Assembly: GCA_973895155.1 (NCBI GenBank)
Contig: OZ316893.1
Span: 248,001-312,000, forward strand
Origin: Marsupella aquatica
Taxonomy: Eukaryota; Plantae; Marchantiophyta
Reading direction: 5' to 3'
Length of the DNA stretch: 64,000 nucleotides
Made by a program: the position numbers and the translations under genes. The notes beneath the pieces are model-generated. The model had not been told where the DNA came from, made no database searches, and saw nothing but the letters and a program-made list of their open reading frames with translations. The first letter of the stretch is position 1, and each line of letters begins with the position of its first letter. Of this stretch, positions 37,071-48,937 are shown in pieces.

Positions 37071-37499
37071 GCCTCTCCATACGCTGCGGCCACTGTGGAC
37101 TGCCTCACCTCTGCCTCTCCTGGAACTTCACTCACGGGATTCACCTAGCCTCTTTCTGGCCAATTCCGTAACACTCAATCATTTGCCCGCCATCTAATTT
37201 TGCGACACCCGATTCCTGGCTTTACAGCAACCAGGACACGTGACCCTAGACCCTCCACCCATGTTCACTCCATGGGCACAGCACTCGCCTTAGAGAACAT
37301 GAACGCCCTCCACAAAACTACACTACCACCACTACTGTACTAGTCCCATCTTTGCCTTCTTCCACCTCCCCGCCGCACGACTATCGCGTAGAGCCTCTCC
37401 CTGTGCGGCTGGCCAGCACACACCCGCCTGAAGTTTAGGGTTTAGGGTTTAGGGATGCCCGAACCTGGAATTACCTCAAACTCCATTCATGGCAGAAAA

Positions 37500-37935
37500 T
37501 CAGGGCACCCCTCAGCCTTCCAGGCGGTTAGGGTTCTGTGTTTACGTGTTTAGGGGTTTTCCCTAAACCCTTACCTTCTTCGTCATGGCTCCCTGCCCCG
37601 GCCTCGCACACACAAAGGGATAACTCCAATCCTGCCATTCTCGAAATGTCAACTCATGATCAGAACCCCACATAGTGCAGCAATCTCATCACGAGCCCCA
37701 ATGGTATCAAACCAGGGCACCACTCAGCCTTCCCAGTTAGGGTTCTGTGTTTAGGGTTTAGGGGTTTTCCCTAAACCCTTCCCTTCTTCGTTGTGGCTCC
37801 CTGCCTCGGCCATGCAAAACACAAAGGGATGAACTCTGATCTTGCCATTCTCGAAACGTGAACTCATGATCACGACACCCCACATAGTGCGGCGATCCCA
37901 CCGCGAGCCCTGATGGTATCAAACCCGCGCACCAT
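37500..37935. repeat. About 215-bp tandem duplication with telomere-like motifs
   Basis: cagggcacc..ctcagccttcc..gttagggttctgtgttta..tttagggg.tttccctaaaccctt..aactcatgatca occurs twice. Confidence 0.85.
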
Positions 37936-38067
37936 TCACCCTGCTAGTATCCGTCCTCTGCCTCCCAAATCAACCCTAGTTCACCGTGGCTCCATCTCTC
38001 CCGGGGCCCTGCAAATGTTGTTGCCGTAAATCAATCAATCAAACAAGAACTATCAAGAAGTATAATC

Positions 38068-39494
38068 GTGGCATCCATTCGACAAAGTGAGATTCATGAC
38101 GCCATACAGATACATGATCGTGAGGTGATGAAACGTGGTGAGGATGAGGAGCCAGGTCAGTTATTGTTACACATCCTGGGAATCAATGAGTGGTTTTCCA
38201 TTTACCAGGCTGCTGGTTGCGTTGGTACCTCTGCTGCGCTTGAAAAACTTAATTCTTTTTCGACTTCGCTGAGTAGCTTTGAGAACATTGATGAGGACGA
38301 ACTGGAGCAATCTCGTATGACGAGCAGACGACTAGCTAGAATGCTTGCATACACCCCGATGAGTTGTAACGATATCCCTATCGCTCCTTCTATCTCGGAT
38401 GTCGCTACCAAACTTCGAGAGAACCCGCTTCTCAACACCGAATGGCTCTCAACAGAGGAACGCGCATTTGATGAGGCTATTGACGGAGCGCAATCCTCAC
38501 AGAGAGAGTTGGATGATTCCAAACAGGACGGCGAACCATTTGTGCCCAATAACCCTCCTCGATTTCTTGAGTGGGAAGCCTCTAAAGTTGACTGCTATAT
38601 GTGGCGAATCCCGAACATTAACAATCTTGCCCCCATGTCGATCGAGATGTGGAAGTCGTGGGCGTCTCTCTCTGACGAAGACATCAAGACCTGTCGGAAC
38701 AACGCTCTTAAAGGTTTTCCATGGATCGAAACTACGCCGCTCTTTGTGACTCGATGGCCCATGACCGTATGTGGGGCCCCTAAGTACAAGTGCAGCGTCG
38801 AAGCTGGAGTGAAGATCAGGGGACACTTCAATACTAATTCTTCTCGGTCTCCACATGAACACAAGACTAAATTCTGGAACTTGCATCGGCCATTCCTTCG
38901 ATGCTCCTGTAATTCCACTACGAAGGGAGGATGTACCGGCCAAATCGTCTGGTTTGATCACGCTATTTGGTATATGGCTAACCACCTTGATTTGTTTTTT
39001 AACGCTTCGTCTGCGCAAGGAAGATTGGTTCTCATGATGAGTTTTTTGGGTGGTGACGCTCGTCGTACTAGTTTGGATCAAGTCGCGTTCCTCTTCGTAC
39101 GACAGTTCATCTTAGAAGCCGCTGGAGAACGGCTGCGGGACCCGAATGCACATTCAACTCCTCTCGGCATACGGGGATGCCAAGAGGGGCACGCATCATT
39201 GAAACATTGATCAAGCCTGGGGAATTCTCTGAACAAACCTCTGTGACAAAAAAGAAGTGGAATCTTAATAACTTCACGTCAGCAGATTCAGCCAAGCGCA
39301 AAGGCATCTACGTTAACCAAACACCCCAGCGCGGACGTGGTCGCGGTAACTACTCATGGCGACCCAACACTCCAAACGGCACGGCCGGGACATTTAGCCG
39401 GTCTTTGGGACGCCCGACATCATCAGGCTCCCCTGGATCGGCAAATGGACAGTCACCTCTTCCACGACGCAACATCCACTTCAATGATGTGTGA
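38068..39494 (+). CDS. Hypothetical protein with a GRF-type zinc-finger-like motif (Helitron cargo; frameshift near 39180)
   Basis: 380-codon open frame with C..C...NLHRPFLRCSC...GGC..IVWFD, resembling the zf-GRF NxGRxFxxC..C.FFxWxD pattern. GTG start in the ORF track; continues in 39177-39494. Confidence 0.45.
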
Positions 39495-40299
39495 TTAAGA
39501 ATACTTGCGACATCTCTAGGAGTGGATAGCTTATCATTTGCTCTTTAAGGATTAAGGTAGATTGTAGCACACCTGCATTTTCTCGCCGCGCCTGTCGTAA
39601 CACATGCAGTTCTGAGATATATTCATTTTTCACCTTTTTATCTCTATACTCCGCTCGGTTGCTGCCCTGTACGCTGTCTAATTGCTTTGCCACCGTCCGT
39701 AGGTTCATTTGACATCCTGTCTGTATCCTTTCCTCACAGTGCTTTTTTCTCATGAATATTGGACAGTTCATCTTTTTCTCCATTTCAATTTTGCTCACGT
39801 TTCCCTTCTGCGCTCCCTACTTGGTTAGACAATGCTCACCTACGTGTCCCTGTTCAGTTGATCGACAGATTACTCAGCTTCCGCATGGACGACGAACCAT
39901 TACACGAGCACAAGACCGACTGTCTCTACACTTCATCCACAAATCTATATACCAGCCGCGCATTTGAATGGCTTCCTGTTCGTGATATTTTTTCGGAATG
40001 CCTTACTATGATGCAGGCCACAGACCTTTCATACTTTATTGTGCTCCACCCATGACTGGGGATGCTATAGTGTAACATACTGTTCTTATGCGCTCATTGA
40101 TCTCTGACTCATGCTAGGATATAGCTACAGTGTAAATATTGACCTCAACAAGTCTGGGACCTGTTTCCTCCCTCATAATGGTCAGGCTGTATTATTATGT
40201 TAATCTTTCTACTTGCGAAGGACTTGGTGTATGTGCTCATCCATGTGTTGCTATCTCCCTGCCCTGACCTAAGATGCCGTGACTTTTTTATATGACTTG

Positions 40300-41160
40300 T
40301 CAATGTAAAGTATTGACTTGGCCTTGAATGGGTGTCGTCTCTTTAACATATCTTTTCTCTCCTTGACATATTTTTCTGACCTCAGAATGTTTTTCTCTAA
40401 TTGACGTCTTTTTGTCATCTTGCCATCTTTTCTCTCCTTGACATATTTTTCTCAGCACTAAATGTTTTCTCTCATTGACATCTTTTTTCACCTTGACATA
40501 TTTTCTCACCTCAACATGCATCATTTGTGCAATGCACAGGTATCAGGCCCAATATGTACTTAACAACATCTTTTACTAATGACATACTTTATCTATTGAC
40601 CATTTTGTACTTAACAACATCTTAATACTTAACCACATCTTTGGCATAACGACATCATTGGCGACATGACATCTATTTACTTGACGACAATTTTTTACTT
40701 GATGACCTTTTTGGCAACATGCCATCTTTGGTAAAATGACTTCTTTTTCTTAACAACATCGTTTTACTTCATGACATCTTTCACTTAAGAATATCATTCT
40801 TGGGAAACACAACATATTTTTCTCTTAACTGCATTTTGGGTGCCACAACACTTTTCTCTTACCTACATCTTGGGGGACACGACATGATCTGTTTTCTTAA
40901 CGATATCTTGGGCGCCACGACATGTTAATTTTAACGACATTTTGGGCAACACCTTTTTTTTAAGGACATCTTTTGTGCAACGCACAGGTATTTTCCCTCA
41001 ACGATGTCTTGGCTTTTCCCTCAACGATGTCGTTGCCTACATGACATCCTTTTTCTCAACGACATCTTGGCCTACAAGAAATCTTTTCTCTCAACGACCT
41101 ATTGGCCAACTCGACATCTTATTTGGCCGACATGACTTCTTTTGTGCAACGCACGGGTAT
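40300..41160. repeat. Degenerate AT-rich array (GACATCTTTT cores) with three copies of the terminal hairpin
   Basis: More than 20 acatct/acatat-type cores; tttgtgcaa(c/t)gcac(a/g)ggtat at about 40524, 40972 and 41141. Confidence 0.8.
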
Positions 41161-44100
41161 TGAGCTAGATTCTAGTTCTAGTAATAATAATAATGGATAC
41201 CACGCCCATCGACAAGGGAGGGAGCAACAAGCCCGCCTCCCTGCCACGGCGCCACACATATATGAGCCCTGCTGGTAATCACACATCAAAATGTGGCTGC
41301 ATTCATTGATTGAAAAGAAAAAACTAGGATTATGACGGTATGCAGGGGTGTCGTACATTGTATATGTCATATATATGAGGAGGGAGGGAGCGGCCCACTT
41401 TTAATAATATAATATTATTATTAGGGTGGGAGAGGTCACCCCGCCCGGCGGCCCTGTGTGGCTGTGCTGACGACCGTGAGCTGCCCCACGCGACCCCTAT
41501 GTAGGAGGTAGCGGGAACCAAGGGAGAGACCAAGGAGACTGAGAGTCAGCACCAATGGAGACGCGATCCGCGACAAAGGAGCCACGATGGAGAGAAGATC
41601 AACGACAAAGGAGCAACAAGGGAGAGGGCATCCCCCCGTACACAGACCCCACAAACCGACTTCCTGAGACGGTCCAGACTCCCCGGAGTTATTGGGGTGC
41701 AAAAAGGCCCCGGGGTCCCATCCCTAATGAGAGTCAGCACCGATGGAGACCGGGTTCCTACTCCCAGACTCGGTTGTACTTCCCACCAGATTTAAGAACT
41801 CATGCGTTGTGGTTCAAGTAGTATATATGAGGGGACCACCCCCTCTCAAACATCCAAGGTGACATGGTGTTGGAGAGTAATAAAGAAGGAAGTCCATTCG
41901 CCCCCAACCTCAAAACGTCAACTGATCAGGAGCCCGGATAGTGCAGCTGCCTCAGTTGCGAACTCTCATGGCATCATACCATGGCACCATTCACCCTGCT
42001 GGTATCCGTTCTTTGGCTCCGGCCCAACTGAACCCATGCCCTGCTCAACACCACACACCCCCCGGTTTTCAGGCTCTCTAGAGTCTTTGTGCAGACACCC
42101 TCAACTCTGAAGGGGCAGAAATAGCCCATAACTGTTCACTAACTGAAAAACAGCAACCGTACACCTTAAACCTAAGCGGACTTTGTCCCTAAATTCAATT
42201 TCGACCCGGGATATGCGGCTCTCGTGTAGAGCCTCTGTTTTGTGCGGCCCGGTACTTAAGGACTGATCCAAATAGTCGCAAAATGCAGTTTTTTGTTTGT
42301 TTGGTGGTTTCAGTCCGAAGAGCACGGTGCACCGAAATGCCACCGGTGCACTCGTGGTGAGAAGCAGCTTATCCACTCGGCCAGGCAATGCAACCAAGCA
42401 GAGCGACTTTGCCATGCCGGCGTTTATAATCACCCACGCCATCCACCGACAAAAGAATGATTAAAGCGTTTGTAGCGTCGACTATGCCAATAAGGTCAGT
42501 TACCAGTCCAGCATCGGCGCGAGTTGATCGCCATTCTGCTAGCTGCGACGGAGAAAGGGGACGTTGCAGCCGCCATGGGAGTAGGAACAAAGGTTCCATG
42601 GAGAGCACGGCAAGGATGGAGATGTTGGAGTAGGAACAAAAGTTCCATCGGGATGAAGTTCAGTGCAAAGGACTCCGCCAGCAGCTGGAGGAGAAGAGTG
42701 CTTACACTACTTAATTGCCGCGCTCGCGGAGAGTGCAGAGAGGAGAGATAAAGAAATGGAGAAGTGATTGAGGGAAGTACATAGCTGGGAACGAACTGGT
42801 CCAGCAATAACATTAAATTAATATGTTCGGTACAAAGCTTGGGATATTCCAAGTACAGGTGTTAATTAAGGGAGGAGGCTGCCACTGCTGCCAAGATACT
42901 AGCAGAAGCGCTGGAAGACCCGATCAACGTAAGCGAAGAAAGTCCAACTGGTGAGCATTCTATTCTCGAAAGGGCTTGTTCGATCAGTCCAGCGGGTGGG
43001 CGTTCTGACGACGATCGATTGAAGCGGATGAGGAATGGGGCTGGAGACCCTGCACATCATTCCGTCGGGTGCAAGAATTAACAACAAACGCGCCATTCGA
43101 CCAGGAAACCTTGACCGGATTATGTACGTAATACCCCTTACAATCCAAAATATCGAGTACCCAAAGGCAAGTAGCGGACTCACGCAATTTCCGTGTATTA
43201 TTGGAATTAGAGATAGAACACCCTGCCAACCCTCAATTATACCTGACCGTTCTAGTACATGGAGATCATCGGTACCCGGATCGACGTTCCGAGGAGGCAC
43301 AATCATTCAGAAGTTCAATATAATAGCCCCGGACTCCATAGGAAAATAATCCGGTCTAGTGGTACCCCTTGTGTTGGAAAGTTGAATTGGGGAAAATGAA
43401 AAGTCCGTGGGAAGTACGTACGCTGCCCCAAATGATCATTTGTTTTTTAATTATTTAAGCAGCAGAGTGGAACGCAACTAACCACATTGCGGCACGACAT
43501 GTACGTGGTCTTCAGTCCTTTCATTTTTACACCACCCACATATATCGTAGTATCCAGCAGTGGGTGGATGAGTTTTGTACATCTACCAGTCCTCCCCCAT
43601 GCTAATTAGTCATGAAGCTTGGGAGTATTATGACAAATTGAAAAGGGATCGATCCTACCGCTGGCTGTAGCCTGCCAAGGATCGGAGAGCTCACGCAAAC
43701 CGACGAGTTCCCCTTCAATCTGGAGGACGTAGAAAATTACGTGTGGGAAGAAGATCGAGAGCTTTTTTTTGAGGTCGTGACTTCGACGTGCCGACAATGT
43801 AGTTAGATGGGTTAGAAGCTAGTGTAGAGAATTTTAGAGTGCTGGGAAGTGATTTTGGCCCAGCTCGCTAGCCTTGCTGTATGTGGACTGTACGGTCACC
43901 TCCCCGTGATTTCATTAAATAATGTGTTCCAAGTTCTGTCCGGTGATAAGTACATGGCATATATATGACAATCGAGAAAGGCGTACCAACGGTTGGGGTA
44001 TTAATCGATATGGCGCCACAATCCTGGGATTAGAGTACACACGCCCAGGCTAAACACGATTCGGACCGTCCCGCCCTTCCTTGATGAAATACGGCAATGT

Positions 44101-46431
44101 GTTAGGGATGTCCACATATATGCGGCATCGGTGTTACTTAGTATAATGCCAAAGGACCCTCGATCGCCACATGAAATGCTACTGTTATTTACGCGAGCAC
44201 ATTGGTACAAACAGTGGACAGACGAGGAAGGGCCGTCGAAGCGGATGTAGGCATGGATGGGGAGAGATGAATTAGGGCCAGGCTTTACAGTTTGCTAATC
44301 TCGGCAGAAGTTTCCAAAGAGAATCCGATGCTCAGATGGGAAAGTGAGCCAGCATTAACCAAGGCGCGGCTCTAGGTCACACCATTCATGATGAAATTCA
44401 GATCAAACGAGAATGAGAAGCGGGGACTTTTGAGGAATACTGGGAAGGAGATGTTCTCGGTGCTGGAGAAACCCCGGGTGAAATTAAACAAACGAGAGAC
44501 GCCTTCTTGAGCAAAACGCATGGAGACGCCGCAGGTGGGCGCGCGCAGCTGCATGCATTCAGAATTAACGCGAGGAACATAAAGTTGGCTTTAATGCAGC
44601 TTTTGCAGCGCAATTTGGTCTCCCATTGATTGAGGCAGGCGAGCGTACAATAGTAGAGACAGCTGACCACACTTCAAAAAAAGTTTATTAAAATGCTTGG
44701 AGAGGTAAGGAGTAGGTACATGTCACCCCATGTTGCATTTGAGTTGCAACTTTGTTGGTTGCACATGTGTTGTGATTTTGGGAGGATGACCTGGCATAGC
44801 AGGTCACCTGGTAAGGGTGACCTCTTCACCCAGGTTACCATGCCTTGTGCCATGGGGGTATACCTTGGAGAATGAGGGATTAGCTCCTCATTCTTCCAAG
44901 TTGAGCCTCCCGGCACTAGTAGAGCTCATGTGAGTGTGGCTATGGTGAGAGAGAGAGAGAGTGTATGCCGGTTGGCACGTAGAGCGACATTGGCAGGGTT
45001 CTGCTATGTGTATAGTAGACTTGGAGTCCCGCATGGCTAGCGGGTGAGTTTGGCTTGACTTAGTGATACCTTGCAGCGGGGTCCCGTTTCGCAAGAGATT
45101 GTTATGGATTTTGGCGTACATGTGTTGTGTGTCGTGTAATTATTTGTTTTCTTGTTTACATGGTGTGCCGCGATGTGAGTTGTGTATGGATGTGTGTCCG
45201 CACTACATACATCTGTCGAAGTCGGGATTACCAGTAAATTCATCGTAATGGGTTAGATATTTTTTTCCCTCTTTCATAATCGATCCTTACTTGTTGAATA
45301 GCTAACGAGGGTCGTGTTCGGAGACATCCTGTTCGGACAGTTTATTCGGTGACGGTGATGGTGACACTAGCTAGGACAAGAATGCCAACGAGTATGCATG
45401 CATAGATTGGGAAGCTGTTCGTCCCGAGATTCCGGTATTTTATATTTTCCACCGATATATTGCTGGTAACCCTTTGCGTTTCCGGAGAGCCTAACGACTG
45501 GGTTGTCTGTGTGAGATTTGGGAGCTCACTGACTGTCTGCATTTTGTCATAAAAATGCTTATAGCATAACCTGGGCGCAGAAGGTGTGCCCTCGAAAAAG
45601 GCAAGTTAAAGTATCATAGAGTAGTAGAATCGCGTCCTCATAGGCAAACACGACATTCATGCATGAAGGGAGAAATCTTGTTCGGACAAAGTGTCCAGGC
45701 AACCTTGGGTTGGTTGCTCCCTGTGCTCCACCTTTAAGTTCCCCCCCCCTCCATCCCTAATATAATTGAAGGATTAAAGGAGACTCTGAATGTCTTGGAT
45801 GTACATTCATTGAAGATGAAGCTGAGGGAGTTGATTCATTCAGGCGCGAGAGGGACATCGACAAGTTTACGGTTTAACATCCCCAAGAGGTAGTACGTAG
45901 AATCTTGGAGTACACATGGAACGCAGGTAACGTGTGCGTCATAATAAAACTCATACATTGGTCAATTCCCGCAGGTACTTGAACCATATATAGGGAGCCA
46001 ATAATAGCAGCCAGACAAGCAGATTCCCCTCAATTGCTCGGTATCATATCACACCAATGATATGCAATTATTAGACGTTGCCATTGCGACTGTAAGTTTC
46101 CGGTAAGTCGGGAGCAACTTCACAGGACCGATTAATATCATTTAGGGTTTTAGAGTACAGGACCCTAAATCCTGATTGAACCCGAGATTGAACCCTAAAG
46201 CAAACCAATAATAAAACGTACCATTCACAGCGTAGGCCACCAAGTGCTCGGGCACCAGATTACCCGAACATGACGGAAACTGGAAGCTCATGCAAGACGA
46301 AGAGCAATATGTGGTGTAATGACATGTGATGGCTCCAGATGGATTTGTCGTTGTTGGACAACCGTTTGTCAGTAATTAATAGTTTAGAGTGTGGACCGTC
46401 CTCGTGCAAAATTCAAATTAGCAACTTTGAA

Positions 46432-46615
46432 TCGAGGAACATGTATGTGTAATATATGTAGTCCAGCCTGCCATAGTCCATGCCCTGATTGATTTCAATC
46501 CAGGAACATATACGTGTAATGTAGTTTAGCCATAGTCCATGGCTGCCCTGATTGAATTGAATCCAGGAACATATATGTGCAATATATTCCGGCCATAGTC
46601 CATGCCCTGATTGAT
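46432..46615. repeat. About 60-68-bp tandem repeat, 3 copies
   Basis: aggaacat.ta.gtg.aat...gccatagtccatg..ccctgattga occurs three times. Confidence 0.85.
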
Positions 46616-48192
46616 AACACAAATATAGCAATCGCTCCCCCACGTACACTGTTCTCTCCGCGATGATAAGGGGCAAGCCTGTTAATGAGTCGACCAACCC
46701 TTATCAGCAAGAGACTGTGGAAATTGGTCGCCGCCAAACTCCAACCTGTTATGAAGGTCACGAGTTGGATTTAAATCATTCCGGCGGTAAACAAGAAACC
46801 AAATCGGTGACGGCATAAATCATTGCCGGATGAAAACAATGGAATATATATATATATATATGCGTCGATGAAGAAGATTGAGGTGAGCTGTAGGGTGTCG
46901 CGGACATAATAATATAGAAATCTATATGTATTGAAAAGAAAAAACATGCTTAGGAGCGACATGGACAAATGTTGGCCAGTTCACCTCGACAAAAGATCCC
47001 TTGCATCGCCGGGTTTAGGTAGGGGTACGTGTTCATAAAACTGTTTAACGCACATCGTTATTTTCTCCGATGGAATGAAAATACCGGTCACATTTCCGAA
47101 CACACATGGCAACACTGCCAATTGAACTAATTAACCTGCTAGAACGCCTACAGTTTGATGATTGAATATTGGAGGCTGCAGTAACCAGTGCAAGCAAGTC
47201 GACAACACTGAAGAAGCTGTGGCTGTCATCCGTTCCTTTTAGGGTTTAGGGGCGATGCTCACCACGTAAAGAATGATACTGATAGCCACGTACGCTCAGA
47301 CAAATACCATCAGCAGCCTCGATCTGAGGACGATTACCCTCCTCAGAACTACTACAACAATCTCTGCAATCCGAGTCCATAGACGTCATCTGTAAGTGGC
47401 CATTGGGAAATGGCATGCGATCTCAAGAAGCTACCTAGGTACCCAGATCCTCCAAATAGACTATGCAAACTTTGTCAACCTCTGTCGGAGCAGCTGTCAA
47501 AATGGCACTCAGACATGCCGTCTGGAGAAAGGCCAGGAAGATGTGATTGAATGTGTCGCGCGTGGAGTCGAGGGGTTCGTAATTGGGAATTGCTTTATGT
47601 CCCTGTTGTTTAGTCGCACGAGGATTTGAGCAAAAATAATGCATTCCGGAATGCATCGAGTACAATGAAACCTCACAACCTCGAATGATCAGCTAAGTGG
47701 AGCAATGTGCGAGATCAATCTTCTTCTTCTACGGTCTCAATCAGTTGTACCTTCAGCGGGCGGGTCTAATGGTATCCCAAAATGGGCTCCAAATGCTGAG
47801 CGAAAACCAGCCTCGTCGACTTCATTTTGTGTGACCTACGCCGTTGTGCTCGCCTCTGCCTTCGATCTCCAGGCATTGCGCCGACGGAGACGCCTCTCGT
47901 TCATTTCCCCCGGTGTTTCTCCGGCCACTATATCTTCTTGGCGATACTCCTCCCCTGGATTCCTCTTCGTACTCCGTCTCCTCATCAACGTGGGTGGGAG
48001 CAAACACCAAGAGGTACGCCTTGGTTGGTGCCGAAGAACTAACCCACCTTATTATTGGGTTCTCATTCTTGAAGAACTCCGCTGAGATTAGTATCCTCTT
48101 CATCTTCTTCAGCTATATCATCGGATCCGTCGTCATCTACGTTTGACATTTATGTCATTGTTGTGGTGGTTTGCTGCTTCGACGTCCCTTGG

Positions 48193-48937
48193 TCACGCGA
48201 GCTGAAACGGGAGTTTCCTCGTCCGATTCGTTAATTTGTTGGCGTGTCGCCCGCAGGTAGGATCTTTTAATCCTAAGCTATTGTGCAGGATTACACTTAC
48301 TTCGTATGCCACTAAAGAAGGGAACCTCGGGCATCCCTTCTCATGGATGGTCTCGGATAGGCAAGCCTTCCATACCTGGACGTGGTGGTAGACTCCCTCC
48401 GGCACTGCCTTGGGCAATGCGAGTTGTGTGGGGCTAGTGTGATGAAAAATCAACACCCATTTGGTGAAGAACTCGATGTAGTTCCGGCGCTCCTTACTGT
48501 TTACAGAGCCATATTGAATCTTGCTCCGATTTATCGGAACCTCCGCCCGTTGTATAAATGCGGCGGGTTCTCCTGTATCCAGTGCTTCTACCTTATACGC
48601 AAGTGGCAGCCTCCCTACAACTGGTAATCCAAACATATCACACAACCGTGCTTTGGAGATGTTGTAGGTCTTTCCTCCGTAAGTTACGAATAACGACTCA
48701 GGTGATATCGTCACCTTAGAAACCTTGGAACACACGCCGCTAGCCATCCCGATTGATAGGCAACGATCCATTCGGATCAGGCTGTAGACATACTTTGGTC
48801 ATGTCGAGGAGTCGCCGACTCTCCTCAATCTGCTGAACCTCGGCATTGGAGTTGCATAGGTTCTCCTCTGCGGTTAGGACCCCCTTCTTGTTCCTGGCCG
48901 GCGGGATCTCGGCTCGCAACGGGCTTGATGATGCCAT
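48193..48937 (-). pseudogene. Highly diverged fragment of the same plant-transposon-protein domain
   Basis: YGGKTYNISKARLCDMFGLP aligns by eye to YGKDFYLTPKVIAEVFGLP; RRNYIEFF resembles GEMIDFL. Confidence 0.45.

Larger units (their letters stand above)
36242..41168 (+). mobile_element. Non-autonomous Helitron-like element
   Basis: 5' TCTATATAC. 3' hairpin (ttt)gtgc-aac-gcac(ggg) at 41141-41157, then CTAG at 41165-41168. A second copy of the 5' end lies at 2560. The flanking bases are not the canonical A|T. Confidence 0.6.

Noticed and set aside
2100-37250. 2100-2560 and 36242-37250 as terminal inverted repeats of one 35-kb transposon
   Set aside because: The sharp shared boundary is at the inner edges and looks like a Helitron 5' end. 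The outer edges fade out and I see no TSD, so two back-to-back copies fit better.
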